A stretch of 63,163 bases of DNA, filler included, from Reticulomyxa filosa (GCA_000512085.1; 25 parts of 25 records of this genome joined end to end with filler, not necessarily neighbours in it), one strand, 5' to 3'. Positions 50,272 to 63,163 are shown, numbered from the whole stretch's first letter. Made by a program: numbers and translations. Notes: generated by a model not told the origin, from the sequence alone.

Positions 50272-51372
50272 ATATCTGGTATGTATTCCAGTCCTGACCC
50301 GTCGATAAATAATAAAGTGAACTATGCACCACTAAGTACAACCTTTAGCGGCTTGAATGGAGCTGACGGAGTAAAGTTAAATGAGATGGCTTTAAGTTTT
50401 CTCGCCAATGATATGATAACTCTTGATTTTTCAAAGTATTTTCCATCAAGCACGTATCAAGAGGTATACATATATTTTTTGGCAAACGATTACGAGGCAT
50501 CGCCGCTGATAAGCTTGAATAACTCCAATGCAATAAAGAATAAAAATGGCAAGTATACCACAAAAATTGCAGGATTATCGTCACTGAAATCGTGTGGTGA
50601 AATGACATTTATCGTAACGAATCAGTACATAAACAATAGAGCTATCACAAAAAACCAGCCGAAGAATAAGAAATTAGGAACATATTGTCGTGCGAAATGC
50701 CAATATGGAACAGCTAACGCAATTAGGACTTGTATAGGAGGCAATTATCGAAATAGTTATAACAGTTATATAGCCAATTATCAAAAAGCAGCAAACGATT
50801 GGGCAACGTACGTAATCAATAATGAGGCCACGTTACAATATTATAATATCGATTCCGCAGTAGCTATTGCTGGAATGGGCAATTGTGTGTATGGTTGCTA
50901 TATCAGTCTAGCGCTTAAGAGCACAAGTTTGGCGCAAAAAAATATTTGATGCTCAAGCACAATGTTTAATCCAGGAATCGTCACAAGAAAATGAAGGGAC
51001 TTTCACACTGAACTTTCTAAATGCATTGACTGGCATTGACGCGTCAAAAAGCTTGACTCTTGATATCAATAAGTGCATTTCGACATGCGTTACATTGGCC
51101 GAAAATAATAAATTAGTATTCGCTACATCTAGTCCCACTCTTATGCCGACCAAACCACCAACCACTAAACAGCCAACTACTAGCCAGCCAACCACTAAAC
51201 AGCCAACTACGAAACAGCCAACCACTAACCAGCCAACCACTAAACAGCCAACCACTAAACAGCCAACCACTAACCAGCCAACCACTAACCAGCCAACCAC
51301 TAAACAGCCAACCACCAAACAGCCAACTACTAACCAGCCAACCACTAACCAGCCAACCACTAAACAGCCAAC
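50272..51372 (+). CDS. Secreted/surface protein with a Cys-containing domain and mucin-like PTT(K/N)Q stalk, partial
   Basis: ORFs 50281-50949 and 51026-51372 join (LAQKIFDAQAQCLIQ) if the A7 run at 50936-50942 is A6. Confidence 0.7.
51146..51372 (+). repeat. 15-bp coding tandem repeat CCAACCACTAA(A/C)CAG, about 15 copies
   Basis: Read directly; the array runs into the contig end. Confidence 0.95.
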
Positions 51373-51472
51373 NNNNNNNNNNNNNNNNNNNNNNNNNNNN
51401 NNNNNNNNNNNNNNNNTTAATTAATTAANNNNNNNNNNNNNNNNNNNNNNNNNNNNNNNNNNNNNNNNNNNN

Positions 51473-51907
51473 ACTACTACTACTACTACAGCGACGACAC
51501 GTCACAAAAAACGAAAAAATGGAACGAATTATGAACCCCCTCCAGAAAGCATTCTTCTTAATCATACAAATGGTCAACAGTATGTGGCTGAGAATAACAC
51601 GTTGCGGAGTCATACGCATGCGCGACAAGGACGTCCTACCAACTATGGTGGATACGCTCTGCAAGCACGTGAGCCGATGAGGTCCTCTCGTCTTCGTGGA
51701 CACATTTCGGAAGAGATCGAAGACCATCCCTCAGCCTCTGATCGTCCTTATCCAAAGAACAATCAACTCTCGTCTGTCATGCTACGGCAGTCCAAAACAG
51801 TCCCGTACGAGGAAAATACTACGTATCATCCCTCCGCCAATCGCATGCGAAGCGCCGGCGAAATGCAGTCGAGTTACTTTGATCAAAAGCATGGGGATGT
51901 ATTTTGA
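51473..51907 (+). CDS. Hypothetical protein, disordered C-terminal end
   Basis: GC-richer open frame ending DQKHGDVF*, followed by a T-rich 3'-UTR-like region. The 5' boundary is uncertain. Confidence 0.45.
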   Translation, partial: TTTTTTATTRHKKRKNGTNYEPPPESILLNHTNGQQYVAENNTLRSHTHARQGRPTNYGGYALQAREPMRSSRLRGHISEEIEDHPSASDRPYPKNNQLSSVMLRQSKTVPYEENTTYHPSANRMRSAGEMQSSYFDQKHGDVF

Positions 51908-53233
51908 TTTCAAACAAATTTAAAACGAAAGATTGCAAAACAGTAAATGAGAGAAAGAGAGAGAGAGAGGAAAAAAGAGAAAGGAAAGTATAACAAAAAA
52001 AAAAAAAAAAAGTTAAATGATTGGACATGCCTCATTTTTGTACATATCTCTCATAGTCACTTCTTAACACAATTGGTGAAAATATAGTGTTATTTTTTCA
52101 TTTGTGTGATTCATGGTTATTTTATTTTCTTTTCTTTTTTTTTTGTAAAATTTAATTCAGTTTGATCTAACGTGACAGTTGGCATCTTTTTTTTTCAATC
52201 GATTTTTTTAATTTATTTATTTGTGGTTTTACTGTGTTCGCTGCTACATTTTTTCGTGTTGGTCTCCATACTTCGCTCGTGTGCTCGTGATTGGGCCGAG
52301 TTTGATTAATGACTGCAATGAAGTGTCTTGCTTTGTTTGTTTTTTTTTTGCTTGTTTTTTAAAACCCTAAGTATGAATGCATTTAGTTTTGTTGGCTTTG
52401 GTCTTATTTGAGTATTGGGATATATACACAATATATGTGTAAACATTGCGTTCATTACACTTGTTTACACTGCCACAAAGCGAACACTTTCCTTCCACCA
52501 CATCCCTCTCTCTTATTTTGTTTTTTAATTTGTCGCTTTGCATTTTTTTATTATTTTGTGTTGTTTTTTTTCTCAGTGTTTATTATTTTGGTCAAAGATG
52601 TTTGTTGGATCATGTTTGATTTTTCAAACGCTCATATATTTGTGTTGGTTTTGTTTCGAATTTTTATTTCTTAGCTTTTGAGCACAATGTAACCCTCATG
52701 TCCATCCAGAGACAGTCATCCTTCTCTCATTATTTTTCGGAGGATGCCTAGAGCTTTTTTTTCTCGTATAAAAATGGTTAGTCGCTCTTTTTCTCTTGTA
52801 CTTTAAATAGAAAATTGTTATTTGTTTTTACTCCTGTTCTTCAGTTGTTTCTAAAAATTTGCCACTCAGGCCTTAAAAACAAGACTATACACAAACCAGA
52901 CAATTTTGTCTCATCGAAGAGCAAATGTAAGACACAGCAGATCACAATTTTTTTCAAACGGAGGATGGTATATCAGTCAACCTCAAAGCACCAAATAATG
53001 AAGTTTGAGAATTTTTTTTTGAGTGGTGCCAAATTTTGAATAATTGTAAAATTTGTTTTTCTTTTCTTCTTCTGTTGCCTCATTCAATGGTTCTTGCTGT
53101 TGCAATATTTGTGCCTTTTTCCCAAAAAAGGGNNNNNNNNNNNNNNNNNNNNNNNNNNNNNNNNNNNNNNNNNNNNTTAATTAATTAANNNNNNNNNNNN
53201 NNNNNNNNNNNNNNNNNNNNNNNNNNNNNNNNT

Positions 53234-54142
53234 TGGTTCACTTCACAACATGAAAATTCCACTCAACTTGGAGAAAAGGGACCCTCGAAAGAAGATATCG
53301 GGCCTTGGAGAGGACAAGCAATTATACCAAGTTATGGAAATCGTGCCGGAAACTTGTACCTTGACATTTTCAACGAAAATCCACCTCAAGGATTGCTAAT
53401 GTATAGCACTGATTTACCCTACGAAGTCTTTTTACTTAATCTCATTTCGTGTACTGTCATTAACAATCAGAGTCAATCAGATGCGCAAGAAAATGATAAT
53501 CGTTCCTGCTCTATAAGCTATCCCGGCAGCGTCTTTATCATTATTCAAGACACGGATCAAAGAAACAGCAAGAGCAACCTTGTTACAAAGAACAATAGTT
53601 ATCAGAGCTGGCTGTGGTACGTCCTGGGTGGCATTGGTATGTTTATCATTTGTAAATTTTTTTTTTTTTTTTTTTTGAAAATTAAGAATTGAAATAACAT
53701 CATTAAATGTTTTTTTACTTTGCTTTTGTTTTGTTTAGGTTGTGTATTGGCAGTGGCAGGATTCATGGCTTATCGATGGTGGGTCAATCATAAGATGAAA
53801 GAAGCCGAAGTGAAACAAGCCGATGAAGATATCGATGCTGTCATTGCAGAGCAAGAACAAGGGTTTGGTAACGATTTGGACCAAGTTGCTGTCAATCCAT
53901 TGGCACAACCTTTCACACATTTACAAGGACCCAAGACCAATGATTTCGATACAGATGATGCCAATGGCGATGATGGCGGTATGGCAGAAAAAGCAGAAGT
54001 GAGAACGGAAAAAATCAAATTCAAACAAGAATTCGGACCAACCCAGGCCAACAAAAAAATTAATATTTTTTTTTCTCTTTCTCATACCTTCTTCGAGTTT
54101 TTTTTCTGTAAGCAAGTGGTACAATCGTTGCTGGTGAGTTGA
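53234..54142 (+). CDS. Single-pass membrane protein, C-terminal part
   Basis: Exon 53234-53651, phase-1 intron 53652-53738, exon from 53739. TM WLWYVLGGIGMFIICCVLAVAGFMAYRWW, then an acidic tail with VNPLA. The true 3' end may need another intron. Confidence 0.75.
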
Positions 54143-54650
54143 GAGAGGTACCCTTGTTGCTCTTTTTGTGTGTACTCCACCAAGCTACAATGGTTGGATT
54201 TTTTTTTTTCCGATTTTAATCGAATTGTCGTGTACTTTGGATGTTAAATTCGCTGATGATTGCACATGTGGCTTCAAATGTGAATATTGTTATTTCAAAT
54301 GTTGCCTCAAAATATTTTTGAAAATTAAATTCGAATTTGTTTATCTTCATGCATTGAGTTCATCACACAACTTCGGGTTTAGTAATATACAAAACAATTG
54401 TAGTTTTTCAGATATGATGTCTCAGCTCTTTTTTTCTCAAATTTTTTGTGCACTTCAATCGATTTGTAATCAAATTTATCCCACAATATTGAAAATTACA
54501 GAATAAGTTTAGTCATTCTGAATCAAAATTGTTCAGTTCTGCTTTTTTTTTATTTACTTTTGTTGCATTTGAATATCAAAGTTTACAAGATCAATTTTAA
54601 AATAAGTAGTTAGCAATGTATAAGTAAAGAGATGAGAATACTTTAAAAAA

Positions 54651-55937
54651 TTAATGTGGATTTGAAAACCAAGCATTAACAACATGTGCAAGTTCATCCA
54701 ATGCAATTTGTGCTTCAGGGAAAACTCCAACAAAATTAACCCACGTGTGTGGCATGAATTTTTTTTCGACAACCCATAACTCATTTGTTGTGTTTTTGGA
54801 TTTGTGAACGTCAAAATGCTCTTGAAATCGCCAATCTTTGCCAACAGATTGTAACTTATTAATTAAAGTTCGAATTTCACTATGCAAGCATTCATTAGTA
54901 CTTACCAAGATATAAATGTGTGTTGGTAATTTCTCCAATGTCCCAAATAATGGACTAAACGCCGAATTTTTCTGCGACTTGGGGTCAGAGGTATTGGTGA
55001 CCATTCGTGCACATCTTTTTGCAAACAGCTCTTTGATGAGGATATCATTCTTTCTTTGGGTTTGCCATGTTGGGCCACTCACAGACAAGTCCAGCCAAGG
55101 ACTAGTTATCACCAAGCCTTTTGGAGGCGAAATGACCATTGTTTTGTCCTTCCATTCGGACAACAATTGCACAAAAAGTAGAGCCAGTCCCCCACCAGCG
55201 CTATCACCCATGATCACAATATTTTCAGAAGGGATATTCCAATGAAAAAGTGCGTACAGATATGCTGTCAACACTTCGTACGCTTGAAATGGTAATTGTT
55301 TTTGTGGTGCCTTCGTGTAGTCAACCAACAAAATATCAGTTCCATTCAATGCTTTGGAAACGTGACACAAGTACCCTGCATGACTTGCACCTCCAAAAAC
55401 GTATCCACCTCCATGAACAAATAATACAACTTTTTTTTGGGTTTTTTCTTGATTCAAGTTCCCATCACTTATTTTTATTATGTTTACAGATCCTGGTAAC
55501 AGCTCTATGGTTTGAGCGTTCAGACCAATTTGAGATGTGTTTATCACTGATCGCTCAATTCGACAACTTGTGGATGGTGGTACAAGACATCCTTGAAAAT
55601 TAAAGTACCGTTTAAAATACCATAAAAAATCTTCATCGCTTGCACGCTCCAACCACTCATCCGTGAAAAATGACCACATAAAGTTTGAATAATCTTTAAA
55701 CGCTCTCAACTCGGGACTGATCGTGTTCCACTCCTCATTTGTTGCATCGGTCAAAAATGAATTTGCAACATGTGACATACCTATGATCGGGTAGTACAGT
55801 GCCTCGGCTAATACACAACGCTCTGGTGGAATTTCGAAAATTGTGTGAGTACGAATACGATATGTTATTGATATTCCCAATAATATAGGTACTATCAAGA
55901 ACACAGTCCATCTCCTGCAGGCTGTTAGGAAAGGCAT
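54651..55937 (-). CDS. Hormone-sensitive-lipase-family alpha/beta hydrolase (Abhydrolase_3) with an N-terminal signal anchor
   Basis: Motifs LFVHGGGYVFG, VDYTKAPQ, IMGDSAGGGLAL, SPWLDL and MPHTW. Hydrophobic N-terminus; intronless, 428 aa. Confidence 0.92.
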   Translation of the reverse strand: MPFLTACRRWTVFLIVPILLGISITYRIRTHTIFEIPPERCVLAEALYYPIIGMSHVANSFLTDATNEEWNTISPELRAFKDYSNFMWSFFTDEWLERASDEDFLWYFKRYFNFQGCLVPPSTSCRIERSVINTSQIGLNAQTIELLPGSVNIIKISDGNLNQEKTQKKVVLFVHGGGYVFGGASHAGYLCHVSKALNGTDILLVDYTKAPQKQLPFQAYEVLTAYLYALFHWNIPSENIVIMGDSAGGGLALLFVQLLSEWKDKTMVISPPKGLVITSPWLDLSVSGPTWQTQRKNDILIKELFAKRCARMVTNTSDPKSQKNSAFSPLFGTLEKLPTHIYILVSTNECLHSEIRTLINKLQSVGKDWRFQEHFDVHKSKNTTNELWVVEKKFMPHTWVNFVGVFPEAQIALDELAHVVNAWFSNPH

Positions 55938-56225
55938 TAAGCTTTCCGATCTGAGTTTTTATTGTTGCACAGCCCTTTTTATTAAAAAAAAGGGGCATAA
56001 CAAAGAAAAGCACAAACTTAAGTCTGGAATCATCTTGACAGTTGCGATATAAATTTTGAATTGATAGGAACACCAGATAGGGTAATGATGCACTTGGAGG
56101 AAAGAAATTTTTTTGGGCAAATTGAAAGTTTTTGTACAGCGAGCAAAAAAAAAAACCAGCAAAAGTCCGAATTTATGATTCCTTGGCACAAACAGGAAAA
56201 AATTAAAAAAAAAAAAGCAGAGGTT

Positions 56226-57121
56226 TTATTTGTTCTGAGACTTCCATATCTCAAAAGCCTCCGAATAACTCAAGCCATTAATGGTCAGTTTATATTGATA
56301 TTCGTTTCCAATCAGCTCAATGGTAACAAGAAGGACATCTCTGTCTATTTCGATGCGGAATGAAGAAGCGCTTGACTTGTTGTTATATTTTTCGCTACCG
56401 TCGACCCATAACATGCGACGAGTCTTGGCCTTGCTGTCTTGCGTATGCTGCAATACAATGGTATGGGGTGTATCTAAAGCAAAGTAGTGAGACAAGCAAC
56501 CAATATCGTTTTTTTTTTTTTTTGATAATGACCAAAAAACCGTCGAAATAGCAATATAAGTTAAATACATAAACTATGTATGTGCACATAAAAAAAAAAA
56601 AAATAAGCAAAACCGTCGGATGTGACAAAATGCCATTCTACAAGCATTCTTTTCTTGGATCCCTTTTGGCTGATGTTTTTGGTTTTTCTGCCCCAAATTT
56701 CTTGCATTGGTTGCGGATTGAGCGGATCACCGTAATCTCTTTTCAACGGGTGGTTATCTTCGCTGTTCTCTTCTAAAGGCATTTCATTATCCATTCCGTT
56801 TTCACTTGACGATTTCCTCTTCAAATCGGATTGTTTTTTCGGTATTTCTTGAGGCTGCAAGTTTCGTTTTTTTTTAAATATGTCGATATACGTGTTTGTA
56901 TTTCGTACATTTTTATAACATTATATAAATTTCTTCCTTTTGTTAGGTATGCATAATGCATGCATTGAAAAAAAAAAAGGATGCACGTACGTATACAAAT
57001 AAAAATACATTTCACAGATTATTATGTTGAGTGCATAACAATAGGTTTGGAGAAATTTTCCTTTATTGAAGACTGTGCATTGTTGCTATAATTATTGTTG
57101 TTATTTTTATTGTTATTATTA

Positions 57122-57155
<34 letters not shown>

Positions 57156-57771
57156 CAGAAATGGAACTATTTTTGAGATTGCTATTGCTGTTATTATTTC
57201 CGTTATTATTGCTATTATTGTTACTTTTGTTATTTTTGTTATTGTTATTGTTGTTATTGTTGTTATTGTTATTTTTGTTATTATTATTGTTGTTATTGTT
57301 GTTATTGTTATTGCTATTGTTATTACTATTGTTATTACTATTGTTATTACTATTGTTATTACTATTGCTATTACTATTGTTATTGCTATTGTTGTTGAAT
57401 GAAGATAGCGAATTGGCATCAGCCTTTTGGCCTTTGAGAGCTTCTTGTTGCGCAAGGAATTGTGCATTCATTCGAGACAAGGCGGTCATGTTGGTAAAGG
57501 TCGTCATTGCGGGCACGGCATTCATTCCATGCATGGCCATCATGGGCATTGCAGACATTCCATTCATCATTCCCATGCTGTTCATCATTGACTGTTTCAA
57601 CTGCTGTTGCAGCTTTGTGATCATCTGTCGAAATTCGTTGTTTTGTTTTTTCAGCGCCTCGTTCACGCGAACGTATTCGTTGTGTTGTAATTCCAGCGTT
57701 TTGATGTGTTGTTTTACGGACTCGTACTTTGCTCTGAACTTGTCTGCCAATTCTTGGTTGTCTTTTACCCG
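56226..57771 (-). CDS. Coiled-coil / poly-Asn protein with a C-terminal FAIM1-like beta domain, 5' partial
   Basis: Exons 57771-57040, 56854-56614 and 56473-56226 splice to VEWHFVTSDDTPHTIVLQHTQDSKAKTRRMLWVDGSEKY...YQYKLTINGLSYSEAF. This resembles the FAIM1 pattern W.V.LSD..H.I...H....GKR...VDG...YEY.L.ING.S. Confidence 0.7.
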
Positions 57772-57919
57772 CTTTTTTTTTTTTTTTTTTAAAAATTTAT
57801 TTTTTTTTTTTTTTTTTTTNNNNNNNNNNNNNNNNNNNNNNNNNNNNNNNNNNNNNNNNNNNNTTAATTAATTAANNNNNNNNNNNNNNNNNNNNNNNNN
57901 NNNNNNNNNNNNNNNNNNN

Positions 57920-58875
<956 letters not shown>

Positions 58876-60259
58876 TAGGAGTGATTGCATTTACGTTATT
58901 TTCTAATATCTTTTACAGTAGTTCTTTTGAATTAAGTTTTAAAATTCATTTCACGCTGCAAAAATATTTTGTTTAGATAAAATAAATTAGTTTGATATTT
59001 CGAGTTATAATATTAAATTTAAGTAAATGAAAGAAAAAAATATTTAATTATATACGTTATATCACAAATGCTATTGCTNNNNNNNNNNNNNNNNNNNNNN
59101 NNNNNNNNNNNNNNNNNNNNNNTTAATTAATTAANNNNNNNNNNNNNNNNNNNNNNNNNNNNNNNNNNNNNNNNNNNNAATTCTCAGCTTGTTGATTGTG
59201 ATCGTTAAAATAAATGACAAAGTGGTTCAATTTTTTTTGTTATCAATTTTATAGTTTTTTTTCCAGAATAGTTTGTTGTAACTTAAACAAAAAAAAATGA
59301 TAATATAAATTTCTTCTTAAGAAATTTGGAAATAAACTTTAAAGACTGATTGTATCAATTCATTATATTCAAATATGCAACATTTTTTATTGGCAAGATA
59401 GAAGTTAGCATTAACATCCTTAAAATAATTTGTTGTATTGAAACTGATGAAAATGTTATTCGAATTTAAGAACATGAATAATTCGAATATGAAACCACTC
59501 ACATTATGAAATATTTCTTTACATGGCCAACTATATTTGTTTTTGCTGAAGGCAAGACCAAATTGATTATATTTCCCTACTACGAATTAAATTCAATTTG
59601 TTGTTATTAATTATTTTTATATGTTGTTTGATTTGGAAAGAGAAGAAATGCTTTCTCTTTCTGATTGCCATTATCAAAAATGTTTTTTTGACAAATAAAA
59701 TTCAATCATAAGTCTACTTCTTTTGATACGTTTTAACAAAATGTTTACAAAAGATTTATTCTCAAAAGTGTAAGATGAATAATGAATGAATGTATTTTCA
59801 ATTGATCCGTAATCGTATATGATTTGTTTTTTGATCAAATCTTATTTCTTGTTGATAATCTATTTTCAAAAATAGGTTATTATTCTCTTCAAATAAAAAC
59901 GTATTCATTAGTCATTTGGAAACGTTTTCTTTTATATGTAAAAACGAAAATATTTGAAAAACATAGTATTGTTTTCAACCAAAGTAAAAATCCGAATATG
60001 TTATCAAATATTTGCATATTATACATGTTATTTTACTGCAAACGAAATTGGATATTTAAAATCAAAGCAATTATTTATTGATTCAAACAAATCGTTCACT
60101 AATTCACTGGAAATTTAGGCATTGGAGAAGTCTCTAAGAGTTGACAAAATAGATTCAATACATTTGTATTTTTTTTTTCTCCCAAGAATAAATAAAATTA
60201 CTTGATTCATATGTAAATGTTTTTTTTCTGATTATTGCTCAGGAAGGAGAAGAAAAAAA

Positions 60260-60600
60260 GATGGAACACACAGCAAGAACTCTTTTCTGTTTCTAGTGTT
60301 ACAAGAAAGATTGGATTTCCTTGACAACAGAACCACAAAAACTCGATACATTTTAGTCTGTTATCTTTGTAATCAAATTGAAAATAACGCAGTGGAATTA
60401 CAACGCGACGAACACGAAAATTCTGAGCAAGCATATTTGGTTGGAGAAGAGTGTTTGCAAACATATTTGAAACAAAATCATGGAAAATATCCAATTCAAC
60501 AACATTAGAATTATTGGTAATTACAATTTGAATGTACGTTTACAAATGACATGAAAATCAATCCAATCCGAGTTGTAATTTTAAACAAAATAAAAAAATT
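60260..60600 (+). pseudogene. Decayed TRAF-like/RING-variant zinc-finger family member
   Basis: SCYKKDWISLTTEPQKLDT frameshifts into CYLCNQIENNAVELQRDEH...LVGEECLQTYLKQNHGKYPIQQH*. Expected Cys residues are replaced (QRDEH, GKYP). Confidence 0.65.
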
Positions 60601-61193
60601 GAAAGACAATCGCAAACAGTTTTGTTATTATCATTTTATTTTACTTTTTATTGATAATCGAAGATCAATGGCGCAAACATAAAAAAAGGAACAATTCAAA
60701 AAAAAATATTTGGAAAGTAAGAAAAAAGTAACAATAAAAAAAGCAGACAAATTGAATAACTCAATGTAAACAACCATATTTTTAAATATTGTAATTTTAT
60801 TTCTGTAATTAATCATGGCTCGATTCAATACAATGGATTGAAGAGAGGAAGCGAAGGATCGATAGTATATCATCCCCAATCACGATCAAATATCTTTGAA
60901 CAAATTTTTGGATATCAATCCAAAGCCTTTCAATCGAATGCAAAGATAACACGAACAAATTTTGATTTTTTTTTTTTCTCATGAAATTAAAACATAATTT
61001 GATCTGCATTCAATGGATATTTGAATTTTGGAATGCTTTACATTTGAATGCGCAAACTTAAGGTTGAAAAGAGAAAAAGTTTTTATTTAAATGTTCATTC
61101 TTGTTTACTTAATTATCCAACAACACAAACAATCAAAACGACTTTACAACACATTTCAAATTAAATCTAATTCATATTTTGAATTAAACAAAC

Positions 61194-61508
61194 TTACAAC
61201 TTTTCCAATTTTGATATCACTTCTTTTGTATGTTGATGACTTTCACTCAATTTTTGAGTAAAAATCGGCAACGCATTTTCATAACGCTTCTTTGCATCCA
61301 TTTTGTCTCCTTTTTTACAATAGATATCTCCTAAAATCTTATATGAAACACCAACATCTGGATGATCAGAATCCAATTTATTCAATATCAAGTTCAATGA
61401 TACAGCCGCAACGTTAGGACGACTAGATCCTAGTACACTCAATCCAATTTTTAGCGATTTATTGTAATAATCAATTGCTTTATTATATTCTCCTTTGTTA
61501 TCATATGT
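61194..61508 (-). CDS. Kinesin-light-chain-type TPR repeat protein, C-terminus, possibly pseudogenic
   Basis: YDNKGEYNKAIDYYNKSLKI...HPDVGVSYKILGDIYCKKGD...YENALPIFTQKL..SHQHT. One repeat is internally deleted (VAAVSLNLILNKL). Confidence 0.75.
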   Translation of the reverse strand, partial: TYDNKGEYNKAIDYYNKSLKIGLSVLGSSRPNVAAVSLNLILNKLDSDHPDVGVSYKILGDIYCKKGDKMDAKKRYENALPIFTQKLSESHQHTKEVISKLEKL

Positions 61509-61612
61509 ACNNNNNNNNNNNNNNNNNNNNNNNNNNNNNNNNNNNNNNNNNNNNTTAATTAATTAANNNNNNNNNNNNNNNNNNNNNNNNNNNNNNNNNN
61601 NNNNNNNNNNAT

Positions 61613-61735
61613 ACACAAAAATTGTTAGGAGAGCTAGCGTCTCATGAAGAAGCTGTCAGTACAGTTCTACTAACACATAACGATAACATCTTAGTGTCAG
61701 CTGGAGCAGATTGCACATTAAGAATTTGGAGCTAG
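61613..61735 (+). CDS. Last WD40 repeat of an unidentified WD protein
   Basis: LASHEEAVSTVLLTHNDNILVSAGADCTLRIWS*; too short for the ORF track. Confidence 0.7.
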   Translation, partial: TQKLLGELASHEEAVSTVLLTHNDNILVSAGADCTLRIWS

Positions 61736-62551
61736 TAATAAAAATATTTAATAAAAATCTTAATTTTCAAAGCAACTAAATTTTTTTAAAAAAGTAAAGT
61801 TAAAGAAGTATTTTTTTTAGAGATTCAAGGCGCCAAAGACGCTAATCTTGGAACAAGTTGCACAAACAGTAGAGAATCAAATTGCTCAAAGCTTTATCAT
61901 ATGTACAAACAATATATTGAAGCAATGAAATAAACTTTGAGAATTAAAAAAAAGACAAAACATCATTATTAGAAGATGAAAATGCATTGCTAACTAATTA
62001 TATCTCTTAGTGTCACATTATATGTTATGTACTATGTAATAAACCTCTTAATCTATGTAGCATAACATTTGCACGTGGTCATTTATTTAAATAGCGAAAA
62101 TGAACTTATTAAATAAAAAAAGCAACAATTAAATTTTTTAAATGATCAAACATACAAATTAATTCGTTAATCATCGTATGATGCTTTGGATTAATTGAAT
62201 CAATTTTTGATTGTTTTTCAATTGCACTTCGTGAACATCTGGACATTCGTTAGTGTCTTTGGGTTTACATTATTTTTCTTGCGTTTCAAATAAAAATACT
62301 TTTGTCGTAATGTTTCAGCATCATATTTCTTTCGTTTTCGTTTTTACTGTGTTGTCCATTTTCAAATATTTTTCATATATCTTGTAAATATTTGCAAGTA
62401 TTGCTTATCTTAATTGCGCTAAAAAAAACCAGCAGTTTCCTAAAATTTCATTCAAAAAAGACCAAAGACTGTAATTGCAAAATATTAATGTTACAAGTTT
62501 TCTTCCTTTTTTTTTTTTTGAACAATGTTCAAATAATCCATAATCTGTAGC

Positions 62552-63035
62552 ATGCCTTCAAAAACTGTTTTTTCTGACAAAAAAATAAATGTAAGCGTTT
62601 TTATTTCTGTGTTTTCTGACTAAGCTCTTTAACTTGATAACCTGATAACAAATCAGGAACTTGGGTTGCCAGAATGGTTAGTAGAAAATTGTAAAAGCAT
62701 GGGAATAGAACAAGCAACAGAAATCCAAGCACGAGCAATTCCACAAATCTTGAAAGGAGAAGATGTAATAGCGCGAGCAAAAACGGGTTCGGGTAAGACA
62801 GCAGCGTTTGCACTGCCAATATTGCATCACTTATCGCAAGACCCTTACGGAATATTCGCGTTGGTATTGACACCCACCCGTGAGTTAGCCTGTCAAATCG
62901 GGGACCAAATCTTGGCATTCAGTGTAAACACCGGATTTCGTTGCGCGATTGTTTACGGAGGATCGGGCTTTATCACCAACACAGGGCAAGTCGAGGACAG
63001 GCCGCACATTGTCATAGCAACCCCTGGACGTCTAG
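62552..63035 (+). CDS. DDX49: DEAD-box RNA helicase DDX49/Dbp8, 5' part
   Basis: Exon 62657-63035 has ELGLPEWLV, a Q motif (ATEIQ), AKTGSGKTAAFALPIL, LSQDPYGIFALVLTPTRELA (Dbp8 signature) and RPHIVIATPGRL. Putative exon 1 is 62552-62590. Confidence 0.9.
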
Positions 63036-63163
63036 GTAACAAGTTAAACAAAAAAAAAGGGGGAAGACAATTTTTTTTTTTTTTTTTTTTTTTAAAAAAA
63101 AAGGGGAGTTTGATCCGGTCCATTGACATAAAATACTAAAATATAAATATTGAACATAAAAAC

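Noticed and set aside
57095-57871. Poly-Leu/Ile 'membrane' ORFs (also 20860-21126, 1630-1835 and 50953-51360)
   Set aside because: Antisense or off-frame readings of (AAT)n and PTTKQ repeats belonging to real genes.

Overview
This is eukaryotic DNA, not one locus. The window is 25 short draft contigs joined by 24 artificial 100-bp linkers (N44-TTAATTAATTAA-N44), so adjacency across a linker carries no biological meaning. The DNA is AT-rich, uses the standard code, and has GT-AG introns full of poly-A/poly-T and (TA)n/(TACA)n. It carries decayed WD40, Kelch, TRAF-type and TPR family members. I infer a foraminiferan, most likely Reticulomyxa filosa, from recognition of its amplified families; no search was run. 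Recognisable, mostly partial, spliced genes: KCNH/HCN-like channel, divergent Ras-like GTPase, calmodulin-like 4xEF-hand protein, CFIm25 (NUDT21), histidine phosphatase ending in SKL, ferric reductase/NOX C-terminus, PH protein, ArfGAP-PH protein, CTNNBL1, eIF2-alpha kinase, VPS53, HSL-family esterase, FAIM-like protein and DDX49/DBP8, plus a SERCA pseudogene. The best novelty candidate is at 46006-50004: an 11-exon type I membrane protein made of five tandem copies of an unrecognised ~130-aa six-cysteine module. All 11 modelled introns are phase 1 and one intron position recurs in every repeat, a signature of 1-1 exon duplication. Also notable: a 36-bp G-U-rich hairpin (1501-1578), an intron-containing member of an uncharacterised 'TWED...ISDMT' family (17608-18783), and A-rich splice acceptors. 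All exon models were derived by hand.
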